DNA from: Sphyrna mokarran
Taxonomy: Eukaryota
Direction: 5' to 3'
NCBI GenBank assembly: GCA_024679065.1
Contig: JAGIQG010000019.1
Coordinates: 23,994,001 to 24,058,000 of the forward strand
Length of the DNA stretch: 64,000 bases
Shown here: piece by piece, positions 38,709-49,960 of the stretch
Position numbering within the stretch: the stretch's first letter is position 1
How the letters are laid out: the number at the start of each line of letters is the position of its first letter
Notes under the pieces: generated by a model
What the model saw: the letters and a program-made list of their open reading frames with translations, nothing else
What the model was told of the DNA's origin: nothing
The model's database searches: none
Translations under genes and position numbers: made by a program

Positions 38709-39150
38709 CTAACTCATTCTCTTCCTAACCTTAACGCTTACCCTAACGAGGCAGATAAGGCATATTTTTTACACCCAGAGTAATGGGTGCTTGGAACTCA
38801 TTGCTGGGGAGGTAGTGGAAGTGGATACAGTAGTGACTTTAAGGGGCATCTTGACAACTACATGAATAGAATGGGAATAGAGGGAAATAGATCCTGGAAA
38901 GGTAGAGGGTTTTAATTCAGTTGGGAAGCATGGTGGGTTGGAGGGCTAACGGGCCTGTTCCTGTGCTGTAATTTTCTTTGATCTTTGGTCTAACCAACCA
39001 ACTCTTCCTAACTGTAACCCTAACCCTCACAGAAATCAATCCATCCTCTTCCTAACCCTAACCCTAACTCTAATCCTCAGCCTAACCAACACATCCTCTT
39101 CCTAATATCAACATTTTGAACTTCCAGTTATTGAACTTTCCAGTTATTGC
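38709..39150. repeat. Telomere-like composite repeat, interrupted by a CR1 3' fragment (38748-38988, +)
   Basis: About four units of CTAACCAA..CATCCTCTTCCTAACCCTAACCC. Confidence 0.75.
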
Positions 39151-40399
39151 TGGTTAAGTGAATTGGCCATACTGAATTCCCCCTTCCACAGTAATTTCAT
39201 TACATTGCTAATGTAAGCCTACTTGGGACACCAATAAATAAATAAATAAACAAATAAATTGTCAATTCTTGCACTGTCAACAAAAGGCTTATCCTCATAC
39301 CAAACCCATAAACCATCTGAATAAATGAGGTAATTCTGCCAGCTAGTGCCCCCGCCCCAATCTGATACATACTCCCACACCACACCATCCTGCCCTCCAC
39401 AACATAGAACACCTGCAAAAAATAAAAGTCATCCCATCCCACCAGTTCCAGGAGCCCCCTCACCCTACCCATCCTAACCGACACAGACCGGAGATGAAAG
39501 TGCCAAGACGGGAGGACAGCAAACCACTCTCCAACCCACAATCTACCCACCAACATCTCTATCAGGAAATCTCCGAGACTTTTCTTCACTACAGTAGCCT
39601 ACCTACCCCCAACCCCGAACCCTCCCTCGAAGAAAACAGAATCTGACTCAGCAACAGTACAAAATCTCCCCAACAAAGAAATCACCCTCCTGCAAAAAAA
39701 AACTCTCCAACACATACCCCACTTTGACATTCACCCCAGCTAACAGCCCCCTCCTCCTAACACACACCACTTCACCAACCACCTGTCCCCAAGTACCTAA
39801 AATTGAAGTGGACCATTACCCCATTTTCCTTTGTTTCTTCCTCCCCTCTTCTGTCATACGAGGATACGCCTGCCCCCATTCACCATCCCATGCAAGAAAT
39901 ATGAATAATATATAAGGGAAAGGTCCAGGAGACAAGAAGATAACAAGGCACAAGGTAGGGCAATGAGGGTTGGACGTGAACCAAAAGAAAAATGGCAGAG
40001 CATGAAGAAAAAGAGACATATCCTCTCTCTATCCGACCCCAAGAGGCTCACCATAACCGACTCTTCCTCTTTCTAATATTGACATTCTTAACTTGGTTTC
40101 CAGTCATTGATTATTCCTCCATTAAGCATCTTTGAGTGTTTTTCTGTGTTAAAGAAAGCATAAAGTCTAATTGAAAAGCATGTTACCAGGGATTTGTGAA
40201 GAATTGGCTATTCTACTTTTTTTTGTGAATAAGGGAATTACAAGTTTTAGGAACCTGTAATGCAGAAGTCCTGTATAGTATTTGTATGAATAATTGGATA
40301 TTTGGGCTTCATCATCAAATGCATTTTACTTGCCAAAAACTGTAGCATGGAGATAACTTAATGTGCCTCATTTCCTCCTCTCTCTTTAGTTTCTTACAG

Positions 40400-40470
40400 G
40401 ATGTGCATTATTCTACGTTTGAGAAGATGGGTTCTTGTTGAGCACCTCACAAGGAACTGAATTAGAAAAG
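40400..40470 (+). other. Candidate 71-nt non-coding exon
   Basis: Acceptor tttcctcctctctctttagtttcttacag| and donor AAG|GTAAGC. All three frames contain stops. Confidence 0.4.
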
Positions 40471-40844
40471 GTAAGCAGCATTTTTCCCTTCTTTTCCTAT
40501 TTCCTTTGGCACAAGGCATATACCTTCCTCCTGATTTTAAACTAAAAATCATCATATTTTACAGCATGGCCTAACTTAAAGGAGCCTGTGTGGAATAACG
40601 GGCATGCACCTTCTTTGTGGCACAGCGTTTTGGGATTAGCACTGTGCTATCTATACACTAGCCTGGAATTTTCTCAATCAGCAAACACAAAACATTAGAC
40701 CAAGAAGTGACCTATTTCCATGCCTAATCTGGTGATGTTGAGTTATGCTCAAATTTCATGCAAATTTCGTTTGAATACACCTGATTGTAATACAGATAAA
40801 TTCCAGGTCATCAATCAGGGCACAAAATGCAAAGACTCACACCA

Positions 40845-40980
40845 CGGCCGGAAATCTCCAGTCATACACGCCCGCTACTGCTGCCAGCGAAGACAGAAAA
40901 TTCGGCACTCAGCCAAATCTCCTTTCACTACAGCCAGACGGGAGATTCCTGGCTGCCAGCGAAATCGGAGAATCCGGCCC
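40845..40980. mobile_element. Harbinger-type MITE
   Basis: TIRs GGCCGGAAATCTCC / GGAGAATCCGGCC. Confidence 0.75.
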
Positions 40981-41589
40981 CAGATGCCTCATCTATATGT
41001 ATGAATGTTAAAATTTCAATTCATTTCACCATCAATCAAACACATTGGGCGCAACGGGGAGAATTTTAAACCTAAAGGTTATGTGGGTTGGGAGCGGTGG
41101 GAGGTGAAAAATAATTGCATTGCAAACCTGACCCCAAGCCACCTTGAACCTGGCCATTTCTGGTCTTAATGATGATGTGTCAAATGTGGGCAACCAACTC
41201 ACTCTTAAGCTGGTAATTAAAATCTTTTAAGGCGGCTGTGTGCCTTGCTTTTCACATGACCTTTATTTTTGATTAATTTTAACCATGTTTTCTGACACAG
41301 AGGAAAATTAATAGATAAAAGAAAGCAGGAATGGCTGAATCATTGAGATAAGTGCCTTTACAACACTGCTTGTGGGCTGTGAGGAATAGGATCTCTGTGC
41401 AGACTGCAATCAGCCAAAAGTTGCACTCTCACAACTGTCTCTGTAATCTATGATGCTGCACTCAAGCTTCTCCCCACTCCATCCCCTCAATCAAATCACA
41501 ATAAAATACTAGAAAAGTTAGTTTGTGTCCTCTGTGTCAGAAATCAAAAATTTATTGATTTCATGTTGGAGTAAAATTAAAAGTATTGT

Positions 41590-41930
41590 TTCTTGTGTAC
41601 TAAACAGACAAAATACACTATTCATAAAGTACATTGGAGGCAAAGAAAGGAGAGGGTGCAGAATGTAGTGTTACAATCGTTGCTAAGGTGCATAGAAAAA
41701 TCAATATAATATATGGTAGGTCTACTCAAATGTCTGGTAGGCAGTAGGGAAGAAGCTGTTCTGGAATTGGTTGATACATGATCTCAGACTTTTGTATCTT
41801 TTTCCCAATGGAAAACGATGGAAGAGTGTATGTCCAGCAAGCGTGGGGGTCCTTGGTTACGCTGGCTGCTTTCCTGAGCTACTGGGAAGTGTAGACGGAT
41901 GGGAGGCTGTTTGTGTGATGGACTGACAGC
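41590..41930 (-). mobile_element. Rex1/Babar-type LINE 3' end
   Basis: The minus strand encodes KDPHACWTYTL..GKRYKSLRSCINQFQNSFFP; matches 55481-55847. Confidence 0.75.
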
Positions 41931-42934
41931 AAACCACCTCCCTCCACAAGGTGTTCTGTCATCAGAGTCCCAGCTCTTGCTGCAGAGGAAGCTGAAATTT
42001 AAACACACAAAGCATATTTTGTGACCATCACCCAGTGATTCAAACATGGTTGTAACTAGCGTATTTCCCCCTTGTAACTTCATCAGTGCATGTCTGTCAG
42101 ACAGTGTCCCACTGTTCGTGATTGGGTTTTGTGTATTCTTAGTATAGTTTTGACAGTACACATCTGGGAACATTCTGTTGAATATCCTAAGTGATTGGCC
42201 TAATGCCTTGCTAATAGGGACTGAAAATGTGACATATTTATATTCTGCTATTATAATTTGGGAGATGCAGTCATGCAAACAGAAGACATTTACTGGGATT
42301 TTGTGTCCATGTTTGCTGTGGGCATGTACCAGGGAACACTCCCAGCCAGGGGAGTCTTTGTTTTCACTTTGAATTCTTTTAGGTGAGGGTCTCAATCTCT
42401 GCAAGGTTATGTTGCTGGCTTAGTGGGCTCTGATATAGTGGTGTGGAACCCGCCTCCACTAATTGATTCCGCAAAGTGTTTAAACATTTGGTGGGAAAAG
42501 TTGGTAGTACAGCCAGTGGACTATGTACCACTTTGCCTGCCTGAGACAACACTTAAAAAAAATGGAAATTTTTACCTCACGTTTTTGCCACGAGCTCAGA
42601 TCACACTTTTAGTTTGTGTTTGAAAAAATCTCCAGGTTTTTAAAATTTCACTTCAATCTTCCCACCATTGGATTAAAAGTAATTATTTGGCATAAAACAT
42701 GTTTTTGTGACAGCTGCATACAGTATTCGATGTGTAGCCAAACTCCATGTGTACCCCATATGCAGTGGGATTGGTTTTTCTTGTACATGAATCACTGAAA
42801 AGTAATATGCAGTTACAGCAAGGAATAAGGGAGGCATTAGAGCAGCTTTCGTGGCAATGGAGTTAAGAGTCCAAGATTAGAAAAACCCTAATGCAATTAC
42901 CTAGGGCTTTGGTGATGAACAGGTTTGGCTTATT

Positions 42935-43500
42935 TGATAGCACTCTCTCCTTGGAGTCACAAGTATTGTAGTTCATAGAATTATAGAATCCTTACAGTGC
43001 AGAAGGAGGCCATTTGGGTCATCAAGCCTAAACTGACAACAATCTCACCCAGGCCCAATCCCCATAACTATAACTATTTACCCTGCTAATTCCCCTGACA
43101 CCAAGAGATAATTTAACATGGTCAATCATCCTAGCCCACACATCTTTTCAAGTCCCACCCCAGGACTTGAGCATAAAACAAGATTTAATATTCCAGTGCA
43201 GAACTGAGGGAGTGCTACAGTGCTGAAAGTGTCTTTTGGCGAAGGTTCAATTCTCAGGTGAATTTGAAAGTTATCAGGGCACAATTTCAAACAGAACAAT
43301 TATCCCCAGTGTCCCAGCCAATATTTATGCTTCATGAAAACAGAGTACCTGTTCTTACCACGTTGTGTGCAAATTAGCTGTAGCACTTCTCCCATTGCAA
43401 AAGTGACCACACTTTCAAAACTGTTTTATTGATTATGAAGAGCTGTGAGTCATCTAAGTGTCATGAAAACTGCTATATAAATGCAAATTTTTATTTCTTT
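42935..43500 (+). mobile_element. Deu-domain SINE (SacSINE1/AmnSINE-like), with an HE1 3' half inserted (42975-43149, -)
   Basis: CCAGTGCAGAACTGAGGGAGTGCT, TCCCCAGTGTCCCAGCCAATATTTAT, TGTGTGCAAATTAGCTG, and an L2-like tail GCTATATAAATGCAA. Confidence 0.7.
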
Positions 43501-43992
43501 ATTCTTCCCTGAGGAAGAATTTGCATAGAGAGGGGAATACTTCAAAGGTTCACTAGACTGATTTTGCAGATAAGTCAATTGTCCAATGGAAGACAGATAG
43601 AGTAAAATGGGCCCCTATTGCCAGGAGTCCAGAAGGTAAGAGATAATCTAAATGAAACATAAGATTCTGAGAGAGCTTGACAAGTAGATGCAGAGAGCTT
43701 GTCTCTTCTGGCTGGAGAGTCTAGAACTAGGTCATAGTCTCAGGATAAGAGGGTGGCCATTGGGACTAAGAGGAGAAATTTCTTGTCTCAGAAATTTGTT
43801 TCTTTGGAAGTCTTTACCTAAGGGAGCTGTGGACTATATCCAAGATCCAAAAATCTATCAATTTAACACAATGGGAAACTTTATTGGGAAAAGGTAGGAA
43901 GTGGAAAAGTGGAGTTAAGATCAGCCATTATCTCATTGCAGGGCAGATATGACTTAAAGAATCATATTGTCTACTCCTGCTTCTCTTTCTTA

Positions 43993-44076
43993 CGATGGTG
44001 GATATGCTGGCGTTGGACTGGGGTAGTTTAACAGGATTATTTGGTATCATGAGCTTTTGCAGCGCTGCTCCTTCAT
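43993..44076. mobile_element. PLE terminal fragment
   Basis: GATATGCTGGCGTTGGACTGGGG..AACAGGATTATTTGGTATCATGAGCTTTTGCAGCGCTGCTCCTTCA, same family as 15965-16127. Confidence 0.7.
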
Positions 44077-44668
44077 TTTTCTTACATTATCTTCGAAATG
44101 TGCAGAAAATTTCCAGGTCTCCATGTTCAATGAGTGAACTTTTGATTTGATTAACCCGTTGTCTGATTCAGTTGTTTAATGAATAGAAATGAAACAGAAT
44201 CTGCTGCCATCCCAAGTGTGTTAACTAATTAAGTGTCAGGGTGAAATTGAAACAATAATGAAATGTATCATTATGTTGCAGCACAATGTGTCCTATTCAT
44301 TTTCTGATTAATGGCACTGTTTGTACTTGAGCTTTTCCTTTTGTCTATCACAAACAGGCCAGGACACTGAGTTTATGTGCCATAGTGAAGTAAATAACAT
44401 CAAGTATTCAAGGGGGCCATAAATCTTGTCTTCATTAATTTTGGTGAAAAGGTACGTGTGAGCCATATTAACATGCTCTATATTTGAATGGAAAGGGAAT
44501 TACAGACCCCAAGCAGCTACAATTCATATACAAATAGCTGCTAACCTTACCCAGTGCAGCACTCCAGACTCGAAGAAAGAAAATTGTGCGTCTGAACCTC
44601 ACTGCATAACATAGACACACGATGAAGGTATATAATAACAATTAAATGCAACAGTGAGACAATGCATA

Positions 44669-44776
44669 GGGCAGGATATTCTGGCCGCGCTCACCCCAAG
44701 ACCCGAGGTCAACGTAACTTTGCATAGCCCGTGACCTACCCACTTTGATTCCCAGACAGGACGGTAAAATTCTGCC
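44669..44776. mobile_element. Harbinger-type MITE
   Basis: GGGCAGGATATTC ... GTAAAATTCTGCCC. Confidence 0.7.
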
Positions 44777-44844
44777 CTGGATAAGATGTTAAATTGAAAC
44801 CCTGTGTATTCTGGCAGTTAGGATGAGATTAACGTGCAGATTCT

Positions 44845-45505
44845 ATGAGCAGCAGTTAGGAAAACAAATGCAATGTTAACATTCATGCCAAGAGAGCAAG
44901 AATACAAGGGCAGGGATGTATTTCTGAGGCCGTATATGGCTCTGGTCAGACCCCATTTGGAATATCGTGAACAGTTTTAGGTCCCATATCTAAGGAAGGA
45001 TGTGCTGGCCTTGGAAAGGGTCCCGAGGAGGTTCAGAAGAATGATCCCTGGAATAATGAGCTTGTCATTAGGAACAGCTGAGGACTCTGGGTCTATACTC
45101 ATTAGAGTTTATAAAGATGAAGAGGAGGATGAAACTTTCAGGATACTATGAGGTCTAGATAGAATGGACGTGGAGAGGATGTTTCCACTAGTAGGGAAAA
45201 CTAGAACCCCTACTGAGCAAAACCTGAGGCTAAAGTGACGATCCTTTAAAACAGAGATGAGGAGGAGTTTCTTCAGCCAAAGAGTGTTGAAACTGTGGAA
45301 CTCGTTGCTGTAGAAATCTGTGGAGACCAAGTCATTGAGTGACTTTATAACAGAGATAGATTCTTGATTAATAAGGGGATCAGGGGTTATGAGGAAAAGG
45401 CATGAAAATGAGGATGAGAAAAATATCAGCGAAGATTGAATGGTGGAGTAAACTCCATAGGCCGATTGGTCTAATTCTGCTCCTATGTCTTATCGTCTTA
45501 TGGTC
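44845..45505 (+). mobile_element. CR1 3' fragment
   Basis: YMALVRPHLEYREQF..YLRKDVLALERVPRRF, followed by a TCTTATGG tail. Confidence 0.9.
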
Positions 45506-45875
45506 TCATAGTTTAAGCATCTGTTAAAGGTTTCATTCTAAATTAACCAAAATCTGCCTTCGACCTTAAATCATCAAATGAAATGAACTGGCCATTCATC
45601 TTTTGCTGTGTACGAACTGACTGCTTCATTTGCACCAGTCACTGCAGAATAAGTTTCAATAACTCACAGGACTTATTTTGAATTAGAACACCATGTCCTT
45701 TTCCTTTGGACACTGATGTGACCCAATTTGCTTTCTTTTCAACACCACATTCTGTTATCTGAGCACAGTACATAAATAATAGGTTTATATTTTCCCACAA
45801 CACAACACAATGCACAAGCTAGTTGTTTATTTGCTGATTACTCAAATGCTTCATATTTACTTTCATGCAACTTAC

Positions 45876-46740
45876 ATAGAACATAGAACATAGAACATTA
45901 CAGCACAGAACAGGCCCTTCGGCCTTCGATGTTGTGCCGAAATAAAAAGCAATGCCCCTCCAAACTAAACCATTCCCTTCTCTTCCATATACTTATCAAT
46001 TAACCTCTTAAACGCCACCAAACTTGGCGCATCTACAACAGCTGCAGGCAGGGCATTCCACTCCCTAATCACTCTTTGAGTAAAGAACCTACCTCTGATA
46101 TCCGTCCTATAACTCATACCCCTTAATTTAAAGCTGTGTCCCCTCGTGCTAGCTTTCTCCATCCTAGGAAAAAGGCTATCACTGTCCACCCTATCTAAAC
46201 CTCTAATCATCTTATATGCTTCAATAAGATCCCCTCTTAGCCGCCTCCTTTCTAACGAAAACAACCTCAAATCCTTCAACCTCTCTTCATAGGACCTGCC
46301 CTCCATACCAGGCAACATCCTGGTAAACCTCCTCTGTACCCTCTCCAATGCCTCCACATCTTTCTTATAATGTGGGGACCAGAACTGCACACAATACTCC
46401 AAGTGCGGCCGCACTAGAGTTTTGTACAGTTGCAACATGATGCTACGGCTCCTAAATTCAATCCCCCTACCAATAAAAGCTAAGACTCCATATGCCTTCT
46501 TAACAACTTTATCCACTTGACTGCCTACTTTCAGGGATCTATTGACACATACACCAAGATCCTTCTGTTCCTCAACACTATTAAGAGCCCTACCATTAGC
46601 CCTATACTCTACACATTTATTGTTCCTGCCAAAGTGCATTACCTCACACTTTTCCACATTAAACTCCATTTGCCACCTCTCGGCCCAGCTCTGCAACTTG
46701 TCCAAGTCACTCTGTAAACTATAACACCCCTCTTCACTAT
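45876..46740 (-). mobile_element. Young 5'-truncated CR1 (HER1-like) with an intact ORF2 C-terminus
   Basis: ORF 45965-46753 is 262 aa without stops (LQSDLDKLQSWAERWQMEFNVEKC...LVRPHLEYCVQFWSP...TRGHSFKL). The tail is (TTCTATG)n. Confidence 0.95.
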
Positions 46741-46772
46741 ATATTACCTTCACGTTATGAGTATAAACCAGT

Positions 46773-47385
46773 TATATAACCAAAATGTAAATTACATTCA
46801 ATACATTTAGCTGAATAATTAATGCTAATGTACAAGTTGCTTGTTTACTTAGGAATTGGTATGCAATATGATTGGCTACTTGGAAATATTGAGACTGAGG
46901 GCAGGTTGCTAGTTTGTAGGATCCTGTGTGATTTGCCCCTAAACACTATAATTGTGTTAAAATTTTCATAATGCACCATTCTAAAGTAATTTTACTGACT
47001 AGTTGAAATTCAAATGTCAGTTATAGTAGAATTTTTACCATTAGGTCAGAAGCTCCAGGGACTTTACCATAGAACCTAGACTGAGGTCGGAATTCTACCG
47101 GTGCGGGGGTGAGCGAGGCTCAAAGAACGGCATTTTCCATTGGCCTCGAGTGGGAACATACGAACCTTGGGCAGACGTGCCTGTAAAATTCCATCCTGAG
47201 AGTTCAGCTGCCAGAGATGTTTGGGGTTCTTTTGATAAGAAACCTCACATCACCAGGTAAAAGTCTAACAGGTTTATTTAGTAATCACAAGCTTCTGGCC
47301 AATGCCTAAGTAAACAAACAATTTATACACAAGCATCAATTACTCAGCTAAATATATTGAATGTACTTTACATTCTGATTATTTA
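46773..47385. repeat. ~87-bp AT-rich inverted repeat pair (46773-46859 / 47299-47385)
   Basis: AAAATGTAAATTACATTCAATACATTTAGCTGAATAATT..GTTTACTTAGGAATTGG versus the reverse complement AGAATGTAAAGTACATTCAATATATTTAGCTGAGTAATT..GTTTACTTAGGCATTGG. Confidence 0.8.
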
Positions 47386-47620
47386 GGGGAAGTAATCCAC
47401 CTGCCTTTCTTTCTCAAGTGAGCGATTTCATTTTGCCTGGCCTCCAATTTCTTCTGCAGACCAAGAGAGATCCCTAGCAAAATGCTGATGACTAAGTATT
47501 CTCTTCCTTCTGTCCAAGAAAATAGGGTTGCACAGTGTTTACCCTGTTTTGCTGTGTTTCAAAAATCCTCTTTGAACTTCAAGCAGCAAGTGACCAAAAA
47601 AAGATGAAATGCTTTTAAGT

Positions 47621-47958
47621 AGTTCTTTCATGTACTCAACAAGTAAAACGAGCTCAAATTAACTTAGGGACAAATTAAGAGGGGCTGCTCCCCAAAAACG
47701 AAGGTGGGACATCCCAAACAGAAACCAAAGTCGAAAGGTAACTTAAAACATTAAATCAAAATGTGACTGTAAGGGTCTATAATACACATCAGCCCCTGCA
47801 GTGCCCAGCGGGCACGGAAGGCATCAACTGCACCCATGACACCGCATGCTCCCTCTCCAAGGACACGTGGCTGCAAACGTAGCCATGGTAGAGGGGTAGG
47901 CAGTCGGGATGGTTGATCGCCTGCTGCCTGGATCTATTAATGGTGCATCTCGCCAGGT
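47621..47958 (-). mobile_element. L1/Tx1-clade LINE 3' end
   Basis: LARCTINRSRQQA..PDCLPLYHGYVCSHVSLEREHAVS. Probable TSD AAATGCTTTTAAGT (47607-47620) / AAATGTCTTTAAGT (47959-47972). Confidence 0.7.
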
Positions 47959-49709
47959 AAATGTCTTTAAGTCGCACTCGAAATGGCCAGCAATATCCTC
48001 TTTACACCTGTACGGTTGGTCACTATTGGAATAAATCATTAAATGAAGCCTAATTCACCAAGGTAGGGCACAGATTGTTTAATGAATACCAGCAGCAATG
48101 TAATTGTTAATCAGCCCCGAATGATAGAATTGATAGGATTTGATAGGATTGGTTTCAACTCCTTCACCAAGATGGCGCCTTGTGCTAACCACATTTTAAA
48201 CCAGTATAACAACTTAAAACCCCACCTTGGCCATACCCTTGTCTTTTTACCACCTAAAAAATTGGGTAAAATCATCCTGTGCCTTTCAGTCAGACATTAA
48301 ATAAAAGCCCCATTTTCTCTCTCAGATGGATATAAAAGATCGTATGGCACTATTTTTTTTAAGAAGAGCATGGAGTTCATCTGATCAGCCAATTATTACA
48401 GACAGGAAGGGGATTAATGGACACAGTACTCATTTCTCCTCACATCACCCATCCATAGACAGAAAGGTTTTTTGACTTGTTTTCCTCTTTTTTATATGAT
48501 TTAATTTTTTATTAGTAATTCCTCAGAAAATGAGATCGGGTAAACTGATCTGTTTAAACTGATGATTGTTTGCACACATCCAAAATGTGAAAGGAGGGTC
48601 ATAATGTCACAGCAGACTCACACAGTAAAGAAAAGCAGAGAGAAAAGAAAATTCTACAGTGCAGAGACCATGGAGAAAAGAAGCAGTGTTTCTCATAGGT
48701 TCCATAATCCAGACTCAAAGTGTAATGAAGCATTCTTTCGGGGAGGTCGGTGGGCTGGAAAACAGTGCTGGACTTCACACAATGAAATAGGTGTGCAGAG
48801 TTAAACATAGGAAAAAGGAACAAGAGTCGGCCATTCAGCTCTTTGAGCTTGCTCTGCCATTCAACATGATCATGTTTGCTCCTCTATCTCACTGCCATAC
48901 TCCAGAAATCCCTCCATATCCCTTGACATCTTTTGGGTAGTATTCAGAACAGAAAACCTAGTCGAGGGTGATTAACCCAGGAAACTGTGTTGTGCTTTTG
49001 CTCTGTCTGATGGTCAGCCATTCCCTTTCTGCCTCTGCACCCTTCACCTGCAGTGTGACCTTCTCTCTGTACATGCCAATTTAGTCAGCGTTGCAATACA
49101 TGAGTCTGCCACTGATTGACACTCAAAAGCTTGGAAGCACAGTTCTCAAGCATTAAACTCAAATCTCATACTCACACCTACATAACAGAGAGGTAACACA
49201 GATATGCTCCCCCCTCCCCCGACTCCACACAAAGGAAGGCATCACGGTGAATTCCTTCATCATTCAACCTGACAGGCATCGGGGGTGGTGGTGGGCAGTA
49301 TCTTATTCCACAATTATGTTAGGATGCTGGTTCACTGAATGCACTCAACTGCTCTAACTCCTCACCTATTGGGAGGTGGGGGGGCATGTGGACTTCTGAG
49401 ACTCTCAAGGGTTGAAGCTCTTTATTCAAGTGGAATTGAGAAGGACAACTGTGGGGAAGTGGCTACTGTATGACAGTGTAGAGAATGAGGCCTAGTGGAA
49501 AGATGCTCATGTAGAAAAGATGCACATATCAGGATGTCCCAGGTCCTGAGAGAGCTGAGGCTCAGGGCACTGTCAGTGATCCTTAATATTCATTTTGATG
49601 GTCTCTTCCTTTAATTTTAAAATTCTGGAAAATCATGGAGCCAGCTGAGCTGCAATTCATTTTATTGGGATTGAGGAGCAGCAATGATGTTCATGTGTTG
49701 CTACACATG

Positions 49710-49960
49710 ATGTAGAGATGCCGGCGTTGGACTGGGGTAGTAAGAATTCAGTAAGAATCTAGCAACACCAATTTTAAATCCAACCGATTTATTTGATAGT
49801 AAATTTGCAAGCTTTCGACACTCTGTGTCTTAGTCAGGCAAATGCAGTGTTCTGGTCTGCAATAGCACACATATCAACACAGACAGTCACTATCAAATTT
49901 ACTATCAAATAAATCGGTTGGATTTAAAATTGGTGTTGCTAGATTCTTACTGAGTTCGTC
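49710..49960. mobile_element. PLE-derived foldback mini-element (251 bp) with a 9-bp TSD
   Basis: Perfect 60-bp inverted repeat at 49748-49807 / 49894-49953. CTACACATG at 49701-49709 and 49961-49969. Confidence 0.9.
49803..49843 (-). ncRNA. Minimal hammerhead ribozyme-like motif with a variant core
   Basis: AUUUGC-CUGACUA-A-GACAC-AGA-GUGUC-GAAAGCUU-GCAAAU. Stems I and II pair perfectly; position 8 is U instead of G. Confidence 0.7.

Noticed and set aside
41784-42404. 206-aa minus-strand ORF
   Set aside because: No recognisable domain and a TTG start. Its 3' part runs out of frame through a Rex1 remnant, so it is treated as a chance ORF.
45965-46753. 262-aa ORF as a host gene
   Set aside because: It is the C-terminus of CR1 ORF2, with a GTG start in flanking DNA and a CR1 tail.
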